From NCBI RefSeq assembly GCF_009914755.1, contig NC_060928.1: a stretch of DNA of 64,000 nucleotides, one strand, 5' to 3'. Position 1 is the stretch's first letter, and each line of letters starts with the position of its first letter. Positions 13,152-25,554 of this stretch are shown here, piece after piece. Both the position numbers and the translations under genes were made by a program. The notes under the pieces were generated by a model. The model was not told the DNA's origin. It searched no databases and saw nothing but the letters and a program-made list of their open reading frames with translations. This DNA is from the human T2T-CHM13v2.0 reference genome, Homo sapiens.

Positions 13152-16100
13152 ATTCACATATATCAATTATATCTCAACAAAGCTGTTAATACATAAAAGA
13201 GACTCTGATCGGAGAATATTTAGAAATATTAATAAAAGTTTCAGGCCCAGGCTGCTAATGATGATGGTAATGGTGTGTGTTTAGAGTTAAGCACATTTGA
13301 AATGCAATGCTATATCTTTGTGGGAGAAGGGGATGAGACAGTTTTTATTGCTCTGGGTCCTTGAGATTAGGTGGTGAGAACAAGATGAAAAGTGCCTTAT
13401 GGGAGGATCCTTAGGTTATGTGGCAAAATGTGTACAAGGACTAAATTCCTCTTCCCAGTGAAAATCCTGGAAGACAGCAAGAGCAGGGCATGAATAAACT
13501 AGCTCTGTTTATTCTGAAGGATCAAAGAGACTCACCTAGAATACATCATGGGTGAAGCTTCAGAAATTCATTACATCCAACCCATTCATTTTTCAGAGAA
13601 GAAATCTATGGCCTCGTGTAGAAGGGTTTGGCAGGCAAAATAACCTACCTATGATCAAGTACTCATAGCACAGGCAAGAAGCAAACTAAGAGTGAGCTTG
13701 TGTCTGGGTGACACCTTCATCATTTCCACCATCATGCTCTTGGGAAAGTATATGTTTTTTCTGAAGTACTTTAAAGGCTCATGTTAATTTTTTCTGTTTG
13801 ACTTCAAATGACAAAAGAGTTAAGTGGTTTGAAATTATAAAAAAATACTCAAATGAATATATAGAACATTTTCTAGGAGTTAGAGCTGTTCAAAGATGGA
13901 ACAAGTCAGCACATCATAGATCAAAATTTAGTGAGCATGGTTTTGGGGAGGTGATAAGTCCTCTTAACTACAAGGATTCAAGAATGGCATGACATTCTTG
14001 AATGTCTGAGCTGGGGTAAGCTCAGAGATGTTTCCCCAGCATTGCCTTGGTAGATGGCTGGGAGAAACTTGAAAATCACAGGATCTTAGTGAGTCTGAGG
14101 AAGGCTTGGAAGAGTAGTCAACTCTTAATGGGACACCTGTCCCATTAAGTTAGCACAGAATAATTGAGAGGGAGGTGTTCTTGAAGACCTCAAATAGTCC
14201 AAGACCATTCTCAACCAAGGATGGTAGACTCTAAGAACTCAAAAAATATTTACTGTTCCTATTGTTTTTTATCAGCTGGCCTTTCTTTGAGAATATTAGG
14301 TGATGAAATGAAACTACTTCATGAATGCACTGTAACATAATGAAAATACATAGGCTTTTAGGATCAGTCAAAATTCATTTCAAGTTTTGGCTTAATCATG
14401 TAATAGCTCAATAGCTCAAGGAAAAGGGCTTAACTCTCTTGAGACTCTGCTTTTTCATCTGTGTGATGGAAATTAAGATTTGTCTCAGATGGGTGCTGCA
14501 AAGGTTTACCAAGGTGGCATGTAATACAACTAGTCTAGAGCCTCATCTCTGGGGTTAACACCCTTTGCCAGCCTCCATTGTCGGGCAGCTCCCGTTGCTT
14601 AAAATATCCATTTTTTGTCCTTATTTTCAAATACTATCTGCTTACTTAATTTCTGCTTTCACCAATGGATCCCAGATACACCATTTTTATTGTTCTCACT
14701 ATGCAATAGAGCTGACATTTCTGCCTCAAGTTCCCATATAGATTCTTCATGTCAGTGGGGGCATAACAAATAATATTTGACCATGCCTGCAAATTAACAG
14801 TGAAGCCCTTTTACTTTGTATTTCTAGTGGTGACAGGTACTTAATAAATGCAAAGGAGTATTACATTCTATTACAGAGATGAATACTTGTTGGTGATATA
14901 AATGAATATTGTCTATATTGCATTTCTCCAATCTTAGAATAGCATTATAAAAGGATCAATCATTTTGTCATTATGGTCTTCTTTGGCTCCAATCCAGTTT
15001 ATTGGATTCCTTTAGTTTCAAGTAACAATAAAATGAATTGCCTCTTATATTGAAAGGGAAAATACCATGTTTGAGACAGAATTGAGATTTTACGGTTTAG
15101 ATAAAAATGAACCTACTGAAAATACAGGTTTCTTATCCATGGGCCAGTGAATTATATGTGAATAAAGTTTATTCCTTTTCCTTATTGAGGACTGATATTA
15201 TGTCACTGGAATTTGGTTTTTGAAGATGAAGATTAGCGTTTTGATTCAGATATTTCTTGTATTTTGGAAGGAGGCAATAAAAAAGATAATCTATTCTAAT
15301 ATCTTTGATTTATAATAGAGAAACCAAGGTCCAAGTTCAGCCCTTAAAATGGCTTTTGTGTATGCGTTATCAAGCCCTACAGTGTCTCCTTTAACTTGAT
15401 CTAACAGTCACAATTATAGACTCATGAAGTTTTAAAACTAGTCTGGAACTTGGTGATTATCTGGTCATACTTATTTTACAGTTGAAAAAACTAAGAGGTA
15501 AATGGTTGTTCAAGGTCACACGGAGAATTACTGGCGGACTTGACAGCAATACTCAACCACTCTAGGACTTTTCCAGATTATCTCATTTCCTCTCTCTTTT
15601 CTTTTATTCAATCAATCAAACAAGCGAGCAACCACCTGTGTCTGAAGCTTCTCCACTGTACTAAGCACTACAAAGTAATATGGACAAATGAGGCAGAGAA
15701 ATAAAATACTGTCCTTTCCACGGAAGAACTTAACAATCTTAGGAGACAAGATATCTTAGGGAACAACACAAGAAGAAACTGAGAGATGATAACATCCTAT
15801 GTTCTTGTGTCCCTCCATGCCCCATTTAGACACCTGCCTCTGTGCCCTCAAAAGTCTCTGTTCTCATCTCAGCTTTAGCCTTTTTCTCACAGAATTGCAG
15901 TTGTTCACTTAACTTTTCTGGTTTTTATCTTTGTTTTTATTTCTTTGCCACTTGGCAAGTCAGTGCCTCACAATTTTCTACTCACAAACTTCAGGATTTG
16001 AAGCTACTAAAAATATCAAAATGTCAGAAATTCAGAACACTTTAGCGTAAAGAAATAAAGAAACAGCTTACACAACTCAATACATTCTAACACGCTTCTC

Positions 16101-17633
16101 CCATCCTGGCCTCTCTCCTACCCTTTCCTTCTGTCTTAAATTTGTAATGACATTTTAATTAAAAAGTTGATAAAAATTAAACATAGAAAATAAACCCAGG
16201 AACATTTAACATTTGTACATGGAGGCTGCATTTTTACTCAGATGGAACCTCCCAGCTTGAATGATTCATTTGTGGGAGTCATACACAAGAGTTGCTTGCA
16301 AGAGGATCTTATGAGTAAATGATAAGTGAAGTCATCCTTTTCAGAGAATAAGAAGAGTTATAACTGGGGTGGAGAAGCACTTGCCCTCATCTCAAGAAGG
16401 GCCCTATGCATGGCCACAGAAGTCTGAGGCCATAGCCCGTGATTTTGGCACTGATCATGCCCTCCCTGGGGGTAGCAGGAGCCATTAGTTCAATCCTAGC
16501 ATTAACTTGACCATATTTGGATAAAACATCAGTATTGATCTTAAGTACTATTAGCGAGACCTGCCTATATTACCAGTAGCCAAGGCAGCAGAAGCAGAAA
16601 CAGCTGGAAAAACTACAAATTGGGGCCATCAGGGGCAGATGTATCTTGGCACTCAGGGCTACAGAACATGTGGAAAGAGGCAGCAACAGCACCTCCTGTG
16701 ATTTTTATGCAAAGATTGAGGAGGGACTCAGAGCTAGCATGTCAGTTTGTTACCCTTGTGATTTTCGTCCATGCTCTTGATTATTTTTTTTTTTTGAGGT
16801 TATATGTCCAGGAGACTCAAGAGTTATGGAAGAAAATAATGGAGCAAGAAAAGATGGAGCAGAAGAAAGGGAGAATGGCCCATTATTGGGAAAATTCTGT
16901 CTATAGAAAGAACACTGTGATTGGTTAAAACAAAAGCAGCAACAATAAAATTACCAAACGCCTCTGTGTTCTGGACAGTGTGCTGGACAGAAGGAACATA
17001 GAGACAGTGGGACAAAGTCATATAACTCTATTCATATCTTTATCTTAGCTCTTATATTATAATCATCTACTTACCTGTCTTTCTAAAAAGACTGAGCTCT
17101 TCTAAGGCAAGGATACTGTCTTTTGTATCTTTGTGTCTCCAATGTATACTGTATCCTTGCTGACTATGGAACTTGCTGTGCAAACTGAGACACTTGTGAG
17201 AATGAAATGGGTGCTATAAATGATTACTCCTGGGTGATAGGCACAAACCAGGACTTTCCCAGGCAAAAGGAAGAAGCGCTGTACAGAATATGTATTTTCA
17301 AAGATAAATGCACCTCGGGTCAATTCTTTGAACTCAAGGCAAATCTTGGAACAGCCTCTGAGCTAAGCAGCAATTGACAACGGAGAGCATTTTGACTCTT
17401 TAGTTTTGTGTCAGTTGGGGCATCTTACCATTGTGCATTATTGGGTTGTGACTGTGCAGAAACCCAATAAAAAAACAGGCATGTATGAGACTAGATGTTC
17501 TACAGTCATCCAAAGAATGACAAAACCGTTTCAAGAGGAACATGATAAGATCTGCTGGCAAGGATCTTTATTGGCATCCTGGGAACTTCTGGGGTGAATG
17601 TGTGCGCTGAGCTCAAATCAGAATATCTGCAGG

Positions 17634-17674
17634 AAAAAAAAAAAAAAAAAAAGAAGAAGAAAAAGAAGAAGAAG
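17634..17674. repeat. Poly-A followed by (GAA)n
   Basis: A-run of about 19 nt, then gaagaagaaaaagaagaagaag. Confidence 0.9.
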
Positions 17675-17774
17675 CCAGACCAGGAAAGTGAAAGGAAATG
17701 GATATCGCTGCTGGAGGCAACGACTAATTTAAGCAGAGTAGGAGAAAAACTCTTTTTTTTTTCCTTTGTGCCAG

Positions 17775-17863
17775 TTCCTTTTACACGACTTCAGAACATT
17801 CTATGACAACCCAGCGTGCAACTTGGCAGTGTCAGAAGAGTCCTGGGAAAGAAAGGAAATGCG
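17775..17863 (+). other. Candidate exon, or 3' end of an alternative first exon
   Basis: Acceptor ttttttttttcctttgtgccag, donor GCG|GTAAGA, locally raised CpG count. Confidence 0.35.
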
Positions 17864-18295
17864 GTAAGAAATGGAAACAGAGTATTGTTGTTGAGAGCCT
17901 GGAGACCATTTGCAGAGTATTTTGCTCAGGGGGGAGTAAGAAAATAGGAAAAACCTTAAAAAAAAAAAAAAGAGTAAACAGTAAATTTCTCCCTCATCTC
18001 CATCTCTTTTCACTGGAGGCAACAAGGAAAGGAATGAATTTTCATGTTTGTCTGGGATTCTTCCTATGTAGAAAACAAAAAAAGAACTCAGTCAGATAAA
18101 ACAAAAACTTTTTCCAAGACTCATCGTGGAGGGGTGGCCTTAGTGTGAAATGATGATGCCCACTGATGGCAGAAAACCTCTTTTCTTTCTACCTCAGGTT
18201 TGGCCCAGTGCCCTTTGTCTAAGTCTCTTTTTTCTATCAACAGAAATTGAGTCTGTAGCAACTATATGTAATGGTCTTCCCATGCCTTCAGTATT

Positions 18296-18789
18296 TCTTT
18301 TTTCATTTTCTTTCTTTCTTTTTTTTTTTTTAACTTGAAGTTCCGGGATACATATGCAGAACGTGGAGCTTTGTTACATAGGTATACGTGTGCCATGGTG
18401 GTTTGCTGCACCTACTGATCCATCCTCTAGGTTCCCTCCCCTCAACCCCCACCCCCAACAGGCCCCAGTGTGTGTTGTTTCTCTCCCTGTGTCCATGTGT
18501 TCTCATTGTTCAACTCCCATTGATGAGTGAGAACATGTGGCATTTGGTTTTCTGTTCCTGTGTTAGTTTGCTGAGGATGATGGCTTCCAGTTTCATCCAT
18601 GTCCCTGCAAAGGACATGATCTCATTCCTTTTTATGGCTGCATAGTATTCTATGGTATATATGTGCCACATTTTCCTTATCCAGTCTATCATTAATGGGC
18701 ATTTGGGTTGGTTCCCTGTCTTTGCTATTGTAAATAGCACTGCAATAAACATATGTGTGTATGTCTTTATAGTACAATGATTTATATTC
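18296..18789 (-). mobile_element. L1PA8-like 3' end, 5'-truncated
   Basis: Poly-T tail and L1 3'UTR with the short cctctaggttccctcccctc form. The 3' part of ORF 18510..19037 translates to the ORF2 C-terminus (MFIAVLFTIAK...MFSLING). Confidence 0.92.
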
Positions 18790-19207
18790 AACATTTCAAA
18801 CAGCACATTTGAAGTAGACATGGGAGAGTTTCCAAGAGACCACTCATTCATTGTAAAATAAATAAATAAATAAATAAAGGTGGTGGGGGGGCGGTTTGAG
18901 TGTCTTTTCTTTTCTGTAAAGGAATAGTAGCTCACTCTGATGCAGTGCTGGACACCCAACAGTATGCTCAGAGGGTTACAGTTTCTGCTCCCACAATGGT
19001 ACTGTGGCTTGCACTGGCAGAGATTGAGGGTGATCATATCTTGTTCTCATGCCTTTTTTTCTTGGTTGCCTTCTCTTCTCTCTGCTTGGTTAAACATGTG
19101 AGCTTGTAGCCCTTCAAAGACTAGTACACATCAGTCTCTTCCCTTCCTCCCATGCTTCTTGCTGGGACTATGGTATGTATATCCTTGGCTTGCTAGGCAA
19201 CTCTACT

Positions 19208-19552
19208 GTGTGTGTGTGTGTCTGTGTGTGTCTGTGTGTGTGTTATGTGGATGTTTTGTGCATACAAGCACGTGGTGCATATATGCACATGTGTGTCACA
19301 TATATGCTACGAGTGTTGTCTAGTGTGTGGATGTATATGTGTATGTGGTATTTTACCTGTACTGGATGTGTTGTGTATGTAATGTGTGTCTGATGTACAT
19401 ATGATGCATTGTATACATGGTTAATGCATGTTGTGTGTATGCATGTAATATGCATGTGTTGTATATGTTTGTGTGTTGTGTGTGTTGCGTGTTCAATGTG
19501 TGTGATACATATGTTGTATATGTGTTTTGTGTGTATTGTGTGTATGTGCATC
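19208..19552. repeat. Degenerate TG/TA-rich low-complexity tract
   Basis: About 345 bp of tgtg, tatg and tgca units. Confidence 0.9.
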
Positions 19553-20068
19553 ATCGGAAATGTTGAATTACTTTCTTATGTTCATCACTTTTGTTGGGCG
19601 TGCTCTAGCTTACCAATGTCTCTTTTCAGCTTTGGGCTGCTGGAACCACATTTCTTCAGATATCTCTGAGTAGTGCACAGACGGCAGGATTCCAGACTCA
19701 CTATTCCTCTGCAAACAACCACTGGGTTTCTACAAGTTTATCAGCCATTTTGCATGCACAAATCTCTCCCTGGAGCCTTCATCCTCTCCCGGTTATCACT
19801 CACCAGTCTGTACTTTCTCATGGGGTTGTCAACTAATTCTCCTCTGCAGGCTCCTCACTTCCCTGTCATTCCTTAAACTGCAGTGATGCAGCCTTCCTCT
19901 GCCATCATGGCTCCACTGAAGATGGCCTCACTGTGATTAATGAAGAACTAACTGCCAAATTCACCGGACGCTTTTTAATCCTTATATTATAAAAATCAAA
20001 CAATTGTAAGCATTGTCAAACTCTTCCTCCTACTTGAAATTCCTCTTGCTGAATTCTGCAGTGGCATA

Positions 20069-20688
20069 CGGCAGTTTCTCAAATAATATTGTTTAATTCA
20101 ACAATGTTTCATTATAATGTTTATGAAAAAAAATTTGATGCCCAGCTGGGGCCACTGTCTGTGTGGAGTTTGCAAGTCCTCCCCATGTCTGTGTCTGCCT
20201 GTGTTTTCTCTGAGTACTCCAGTTTCCTCCCACACATCAAAGCTGTGCACATTAGGTTTGTTGGTGTGTCTCAGTGGTCCTAGTCTGAATGAGTGTGGAT
20301 GTGGGCATGTGTGTGTGCTGTGATGGGACAGCATCCTGGCCAGGGTCGGGTCCCACTTGGCTCCTGAGCTGCTAGGACAGGCTCCAGCCACCCAAGATCC
20401 TGCACTAGAATAAATAAGTAAATAATTATCTAACTTGTTTTTATTATTTTTTCTTAAACACATGCATATCTCACATTTATTTCAATGTTTAATATTAGAA
20501 GTGTTTGGAGTTTCCATTTAGAAGTATAATGATGTTTTTCTGACCAGAATATGGAGTACAAACTTAAGTCTTGTTAATATCAATTAGCCTATGGTAAAAC
20601 TGGTTTTGTCACACTCACACATTGTTTTGTTTAGAGTTGCCATTTCCAAAAGCCTATTGACAATGTTAAGTGAGACCTTTCTTCACTG
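20069..20688 (+). mobile_element. MER6A TcMar-Tigger non-autonomous DNA transposon
   Basis: ta|cggcagtttctcaaataa start, internal gtctgtgtggagtttgcaagtcctccccatgtct...agtttcctcccacacatcaaag, end tgacaatgttaagtgagacc. Confidence 0.85.
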
Positions 20689-21339
20689 TCATACTCCCCC
20701 TGCTTCTCTAGCAGCTCCTCAATTTTCTCCATCTCATTCTCTTCTTTAGTCCATTTTTAAAATGTTAGTTCCAAGTATTCCATTGTGGTCTCCATATTTC
20801 AGTCTATACATTTTCCCTGACTGACCACATTTACACACTCAGTCTCATTTTCCTCCTCATGAATGACCCACAAGTGTCCAGGCTCAGCTAAGACCCCTTC
20901 CAGGTGCAGATCTGAGTTCTGCCTACCTGCGGGACAGCTCCCTCTGGGTATATCAGCAAGTAACCCCCCAGGATCTGCTCAGAGCCCGTGAGTCCTCCTT
21001 TGTCTGTCATTAGCATCACTAAGCCTGTGGTTACTCAGGCCAGAAACCCAAGACAGCTGCTTACCTTCTGGGCAGTGAGAATCCTATTTTCCTCAGAGGG
21101 TTGTTGTGGGACTAAAATGAGATAAGCAATACAAGTCAATTTAATACATTATCTAGCTTTTAGTAGGTATTAAGAATATGGTTTTTTTTTTCTTTTTCTC
21201 TCTTAAAACATTATCATGGAAGTTCATTGAGTCAGAGATTAGTTACAGATGGGAGTTTTCAGACATGACTTCAGTAAACAATCAAACAAAATTACAATGT
21301 TTAAATAACAAATCGGGAACAAGGACTGTCTCCATAGCA

Positions 21340-21500
21340 CAAGAATTCACAAAGCGATTCTACAACACCTCCATTACTGATGCTCAGAAATCTGTGGTAT
21401 TGGAGGACAGGAATTGTATTTTCTACATTGTAGGAAAGGAAACTGCTTCTGATGGATTCAGTGACTTCACCAAAGTCACCCAGCTGGCCAGTGGCAGAGC
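21340..21500 (-). mobile_element. MIR SINE, truncated by an LTR
   Basis: aggaaactgcttctgatggattcagtgacttcaccaaagtcacccagctggccagtggcagagc. Confidence 0.75.
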
Positions 21501-22410
21501 TGGGAGAGAAATAATCAGAAAGATCAGAATCCAGTTTAAAGAGTGTATTCACATGAAAAGCTGGGAATGGCCACCTGGAAAACACAGACATCAGAGAAGT
21601 GAGGTCAGTTCTTTGAAGTTAAAAGTTAAGATTTTGCCTATAAAGGAAGAAAACAAACAAAAAAATTTAACAGGATTACAACATTTTCTATACAAGGCTG
21701 GTTTATGAGTTATAACAATTTAATTAGTTACAGTTTTTCTTTTCTGTACAACTTTTCATTTCCTTTCCAATTTAAAAGAGTATATTTAACATTCCAGTAG
21801 ACTAGACGTCCCCAAGACCTGGGCTACAGACCAGTGGTCCTGGACCACTTGGCAGGAGGTGAGAGTGGGTGGGCAAGCATTACCCCCTGAGCTCTGCCTC
21901 CTGTCAGATCAGCGGTAGCATTACATTCTCATAGGAGCACGAACCCTATTGTGAACTGTGCATGTGAGGGATCTATGATGCGTACTTCTTGTGGAACAGT
22001 TTCATCTCGAAACCATTCCTCCCACTCTACCCCTACCCATGAAAAAATTATCTTCCATGAAACTGGTCCCTGGTGTCAAAAAAGTTAGGACTACTAGATT
22101 AGATAATGTGACAGCTGTGGTCTTTGTGTGAGAGAGGTAAGAGGGAAGTTACTCTATAACAAAAATCAACAATAAGAGGGTAGGGGTCTTCCCTTCCCTG
22201 GTGCCCTTTAGTCATTAACATTTTATAAAACAATATAGGTGAAGGAGGAGGCTAATCCATAGTAACAGAAACAAAGTTTACAGCTGCCTATGTTACAGCT
22301 GCCTATGTTGCAGCTGCCTATCACCTGACTCAGGCCCTGTGATCTTATTCCTTTAAGGCTCAAAATAATTTAAAGTTCCAACAACTTAGAGTTGGAATTA
22401 CTTATTTTCA
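21501..22410 (-). mobile_element. ERV1 (MER4-group) solo LTR, LTR24-like, interrupted by MER1B
   Basis: Ends ttcctttaaggctcaaaataatttaaagttccaacaacttagagttggaattacttattttca. Subfamily from recall. Confidence 0.6.
21803..22096 (+). mobile_element. MER1B hAT-Charlie DNA transposon
   Basis: ctgagctctgcctcctgtcagatcagcggtagcattacattctcataggagcacgaaccctattgtgaactg...tcttccatgaaactggtccctggtgtcaaaaaagtt. Confidence 0.9.
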
Positions 22411-23964
22411 CCCCTCCCAAGTATGCGTTCCTTCTGTTTCCTGCGGCCTGCCAATAACAAGGTAGGTAGGTAGTGTCTCTCTACCAAGGTAGATATTGCC
22501 CAACTGGACAGACTGACAGGCGACCATCCATCTCTGAGTTCAGTAGAGGGGGCAGTGGCTGAATTAAGAGGGTCTAATCACCGTAAAAGTCCTTGGTGGG
22601 GTTGAAGCTTGTGATAGTTTTTAAGACAGGGACGTAGATTTGGGGAGAGAAGTGTTAGGGGCTTGCTAAGCCTGTGATGTGACACATTGAATGAGACAGA
22701 TGAAGGAGTAGTTTCAGGAGTATAAATCTGCCAGACACATGATGCAGACTGTTTTGCCTGTCTATGAGCTATCATTTCTGAAAGAGTGAATACAATGCAG
22801 TGCCAGGTGCCAAGGCAATTCAAAAAAAAACTAACTAAGCTCACCATTTTATAGTCCGTGAAGTGGAATCATATATGTGATCTGATGTGAACCTTGCAAC
22901 CACCCTTTGATATTTTAATTATTATTATTATTATTCCTCTTTTATAGGTCAGGAAAGTGCAAATCTCAGAGTAGAGAATTTGTAAAAGGTCATGTTCCAA
23001 GGTCAACTACCAGAGAGACAATAGACAAAAATCTAAGGCTATAGACCTAAAATCTCTTTAACTTGTTTACCATGCTACATCTGGGACTTAACCTTTGCTC
23101 TCTCATCTTGGGCAGACGCCTGAACTTAGGTCTGTCACAAATGCAGATACTAATAACCACTCTACCTACCCCATGCCATTGTTTGTGAAATCCAGATTGA
23201 TGATATATGTGGAAGCGCTCTGTAGAATCCAATGTAATATTATAGACCTGGAGAGTATTGGTGTTAATGAGTTCCCATTCCTGCTGCCTTTCTGCTCCAT
23301 GACTTTCACCTTTATCTCATGGAGGGAGGTATCATTTTCTTTGCTGGCAATACAAGGCTGGTCAAATCAATGAGCCGAGCCTTCCCCAGCCATCAGGACA
23401 ATGTGTGTTCCATTCCTGCACAGGAGGCTCTGGGCTGTTTGCAGTGCTGCCCTCGTATCATGGATGTCAGAATGTCAGTGTGAGATGCCAGATACCACAG
23501 GGTAATCTCCTCTTTCTGCAGAGGAGGGGACACAGGACTGCAGTGGTGAAGTGCAACATACCCAAGGTCACCCTGATGGTTAATGGAAAAGCCATTTCTA
23601 ATAAACCATCTGTGATTTTCTTTTTGAGAAGTTTACCCTCTCTTTAGGCCCTTTCTATCCACATCACTGTATTCAAACGAAGAAAAAAAATAGGCCTTCT
23701 CAGCCCCCATGTTCTACTTTCTGCCACTTTCTGTGGTCTAGTTCCAGGAAGTGGGTGATGGGGAGGGAACACAAATTAATCCTATCACTTTTTGGCAGAG
23801 TGAGCTGGCTAAAAGGTGATTTTGTTTTTTTGGTATCAGCACTTTAGCAAATGTAATAGGCTTCTGATCATTTCTGTGAAAGAAGAAGACTAAAGGGAGG
23901 AAAAAGAAAAGAGGTGAACAACAAGGTGTTGATGCTTTAAAGGAATAGATGAAAGTGACAACAG

Positions 23965-24200
23965 CAATAATAACAATGTTAACTAACATTTGTTGAGTAC
24001 TCAGTGTGTGCCTAGATGTGTGCTTACGACATTTTAATTAATCCTTGTGAAAACACTATGAAACAGTTATTATTGTTATATTTACAAAAAAAAAAAAAAG
24101 GCTGAGTCTACCTGAGGTTCAGTGACTTTGGATAGCATGACAAAATAGTAAAAGGATAGGTGAAATGTGAACCCTGACCATCCAGTGGCAGAGGTTTTAT
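23965..24200 (-). mobile_element. MIR SINE
   Basis: aactaacatttgttgagtactcagtgtgtgcctag...attaatccttgtgaaaacactatga...gaggttcagtgacttt. Confidence 0.7.
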
Positions 24201-25049
24201 GCCAGGGCATTATGCTACATTAAAGGTAAGATAGTGAGAAGCATTCCTGTTGGGTTACCAGGATTTTCATATGACCAAGATATCCATGATGTCTGGGTAG
24301 TCTACCCCTAACAGGTAGTACACCCCTCCAGGGTACTACTAACAAGTACTACAGATACTATCTGTTAGGGATAAAGGTAGCATTATAGAGGATGATTCAG
24401 AGGCCTCAGTCATGTGCTCATTCATTCACTTTTTTTTTTTTTCATTCAACAGGCATTATCCTATTGGGTTAGACATTTTAAGCAAGTGAAATAGTGCTCC
24501 CACCTATACTTGACATTTGTTGTTCTTTGGCCTTTGCTGTGGCAGGCAGAATTCTAAGATAACCTCATTGACTCTCACCCTTTTCTTATTCACTTCCCTT
24601 AGAGTATGAGTAGAACCTGAAAATGTGATGAATGTGAGACTAGAGAGTGGAAAGAGTTGATTCTGAGTATGCTTAAGATTCTTGATTGTGAAAAGATGGG
24701 AAGAGAAAGGGTGATCGCTGGGAATGGGGACATCAGATACATGATGTGTCGGAGATACCGAAGAGAAAGGGAATTTCATGAAACAAAATCCCATAAAAAT
24801 AGCAGATGAGGTGGTTACCATGGGATGGGAGTAAAGAACAGATTACCCATGAACAGAAGTCTTACTGCCTTGTCTGTATTCTTTCTAATAAGTAGGAGTG
24901 AAATGAGGGAGAATCTCATTTGCCTAAAGAGAATGGGACATTGTAAGCTTTGTCATAAAATCTGAGGGTTTAATGTTGATGCACGTATTCATATACCTGC
25001 CACTCATTAGCCTCTACTATAACCTTAACTTGAGGGTATGTGCCTAGTA

Positions 25050-25440
25050 GACATTCAAACTCCTCAAAGTATTATAGTTTCTGGGTTTTTTTTTCTGGGC
25101 ATCTTATAAAATTGCACTTCTCTCTTCCCTTGCAGTTAGGCATGGCTGTAGGAGTTGCTTTGCCCACCCAGTTAAATGCCAGGCTATCTCTTTTGGGAAA
25201 ACACCTTAGAACCAGTTCTCAATCACTATGTTGTCTTCTCCTCTGCCACAACAATCTGCAGTGATTTCGAGTGGGCTGTTCTGCCAGCCTGGGCACTGAA
25301 GAGAGAAACAGTACAGTTTCCAGCTCATCCATAATGAGAATTTCATGACAGTAAGAAACACATATTTCTTGTTTTAACGTATTGGGGTTTGGGAACTTTT
25401 GATTGTTACTGCTGCATAATCTAGATCATCCTGACAAAAG
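25050..25440 (+). mobile_element. MaLR LTR, MLT1I-like
   Basis: gcacttctctcttcccttgcagttaggcatggc...ctgccagcctggg...ttgttactgctgcataatctagatcatcctgac. Confidence 0.65.
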
Positions 25441-25554
25441 CAACACACAAGGAAAAAACACTTGGCTCCCCATTGTTGAGATATTCCCTAAATGGATGAA
25501 TGACACCATGCCATGTGCCGAGGACCATTAGAACAACAACCAAAAATGGCAACA

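Noticed and set aside
17594-17806. Poly-lysine ORF
   Set aside because: Produced by the A/GAA simple repeat.
19243-19554. His/Thr/Ile-rich ORF and overlapping Cys/Val-rich ORFs
   Set aside because: Translation artefacts of the TG/CA low-complexity tract.
21178-21708. 176-aa ORF
   Set aside because: It crosses MIR and LTR boundaries and has no recognisable domain.
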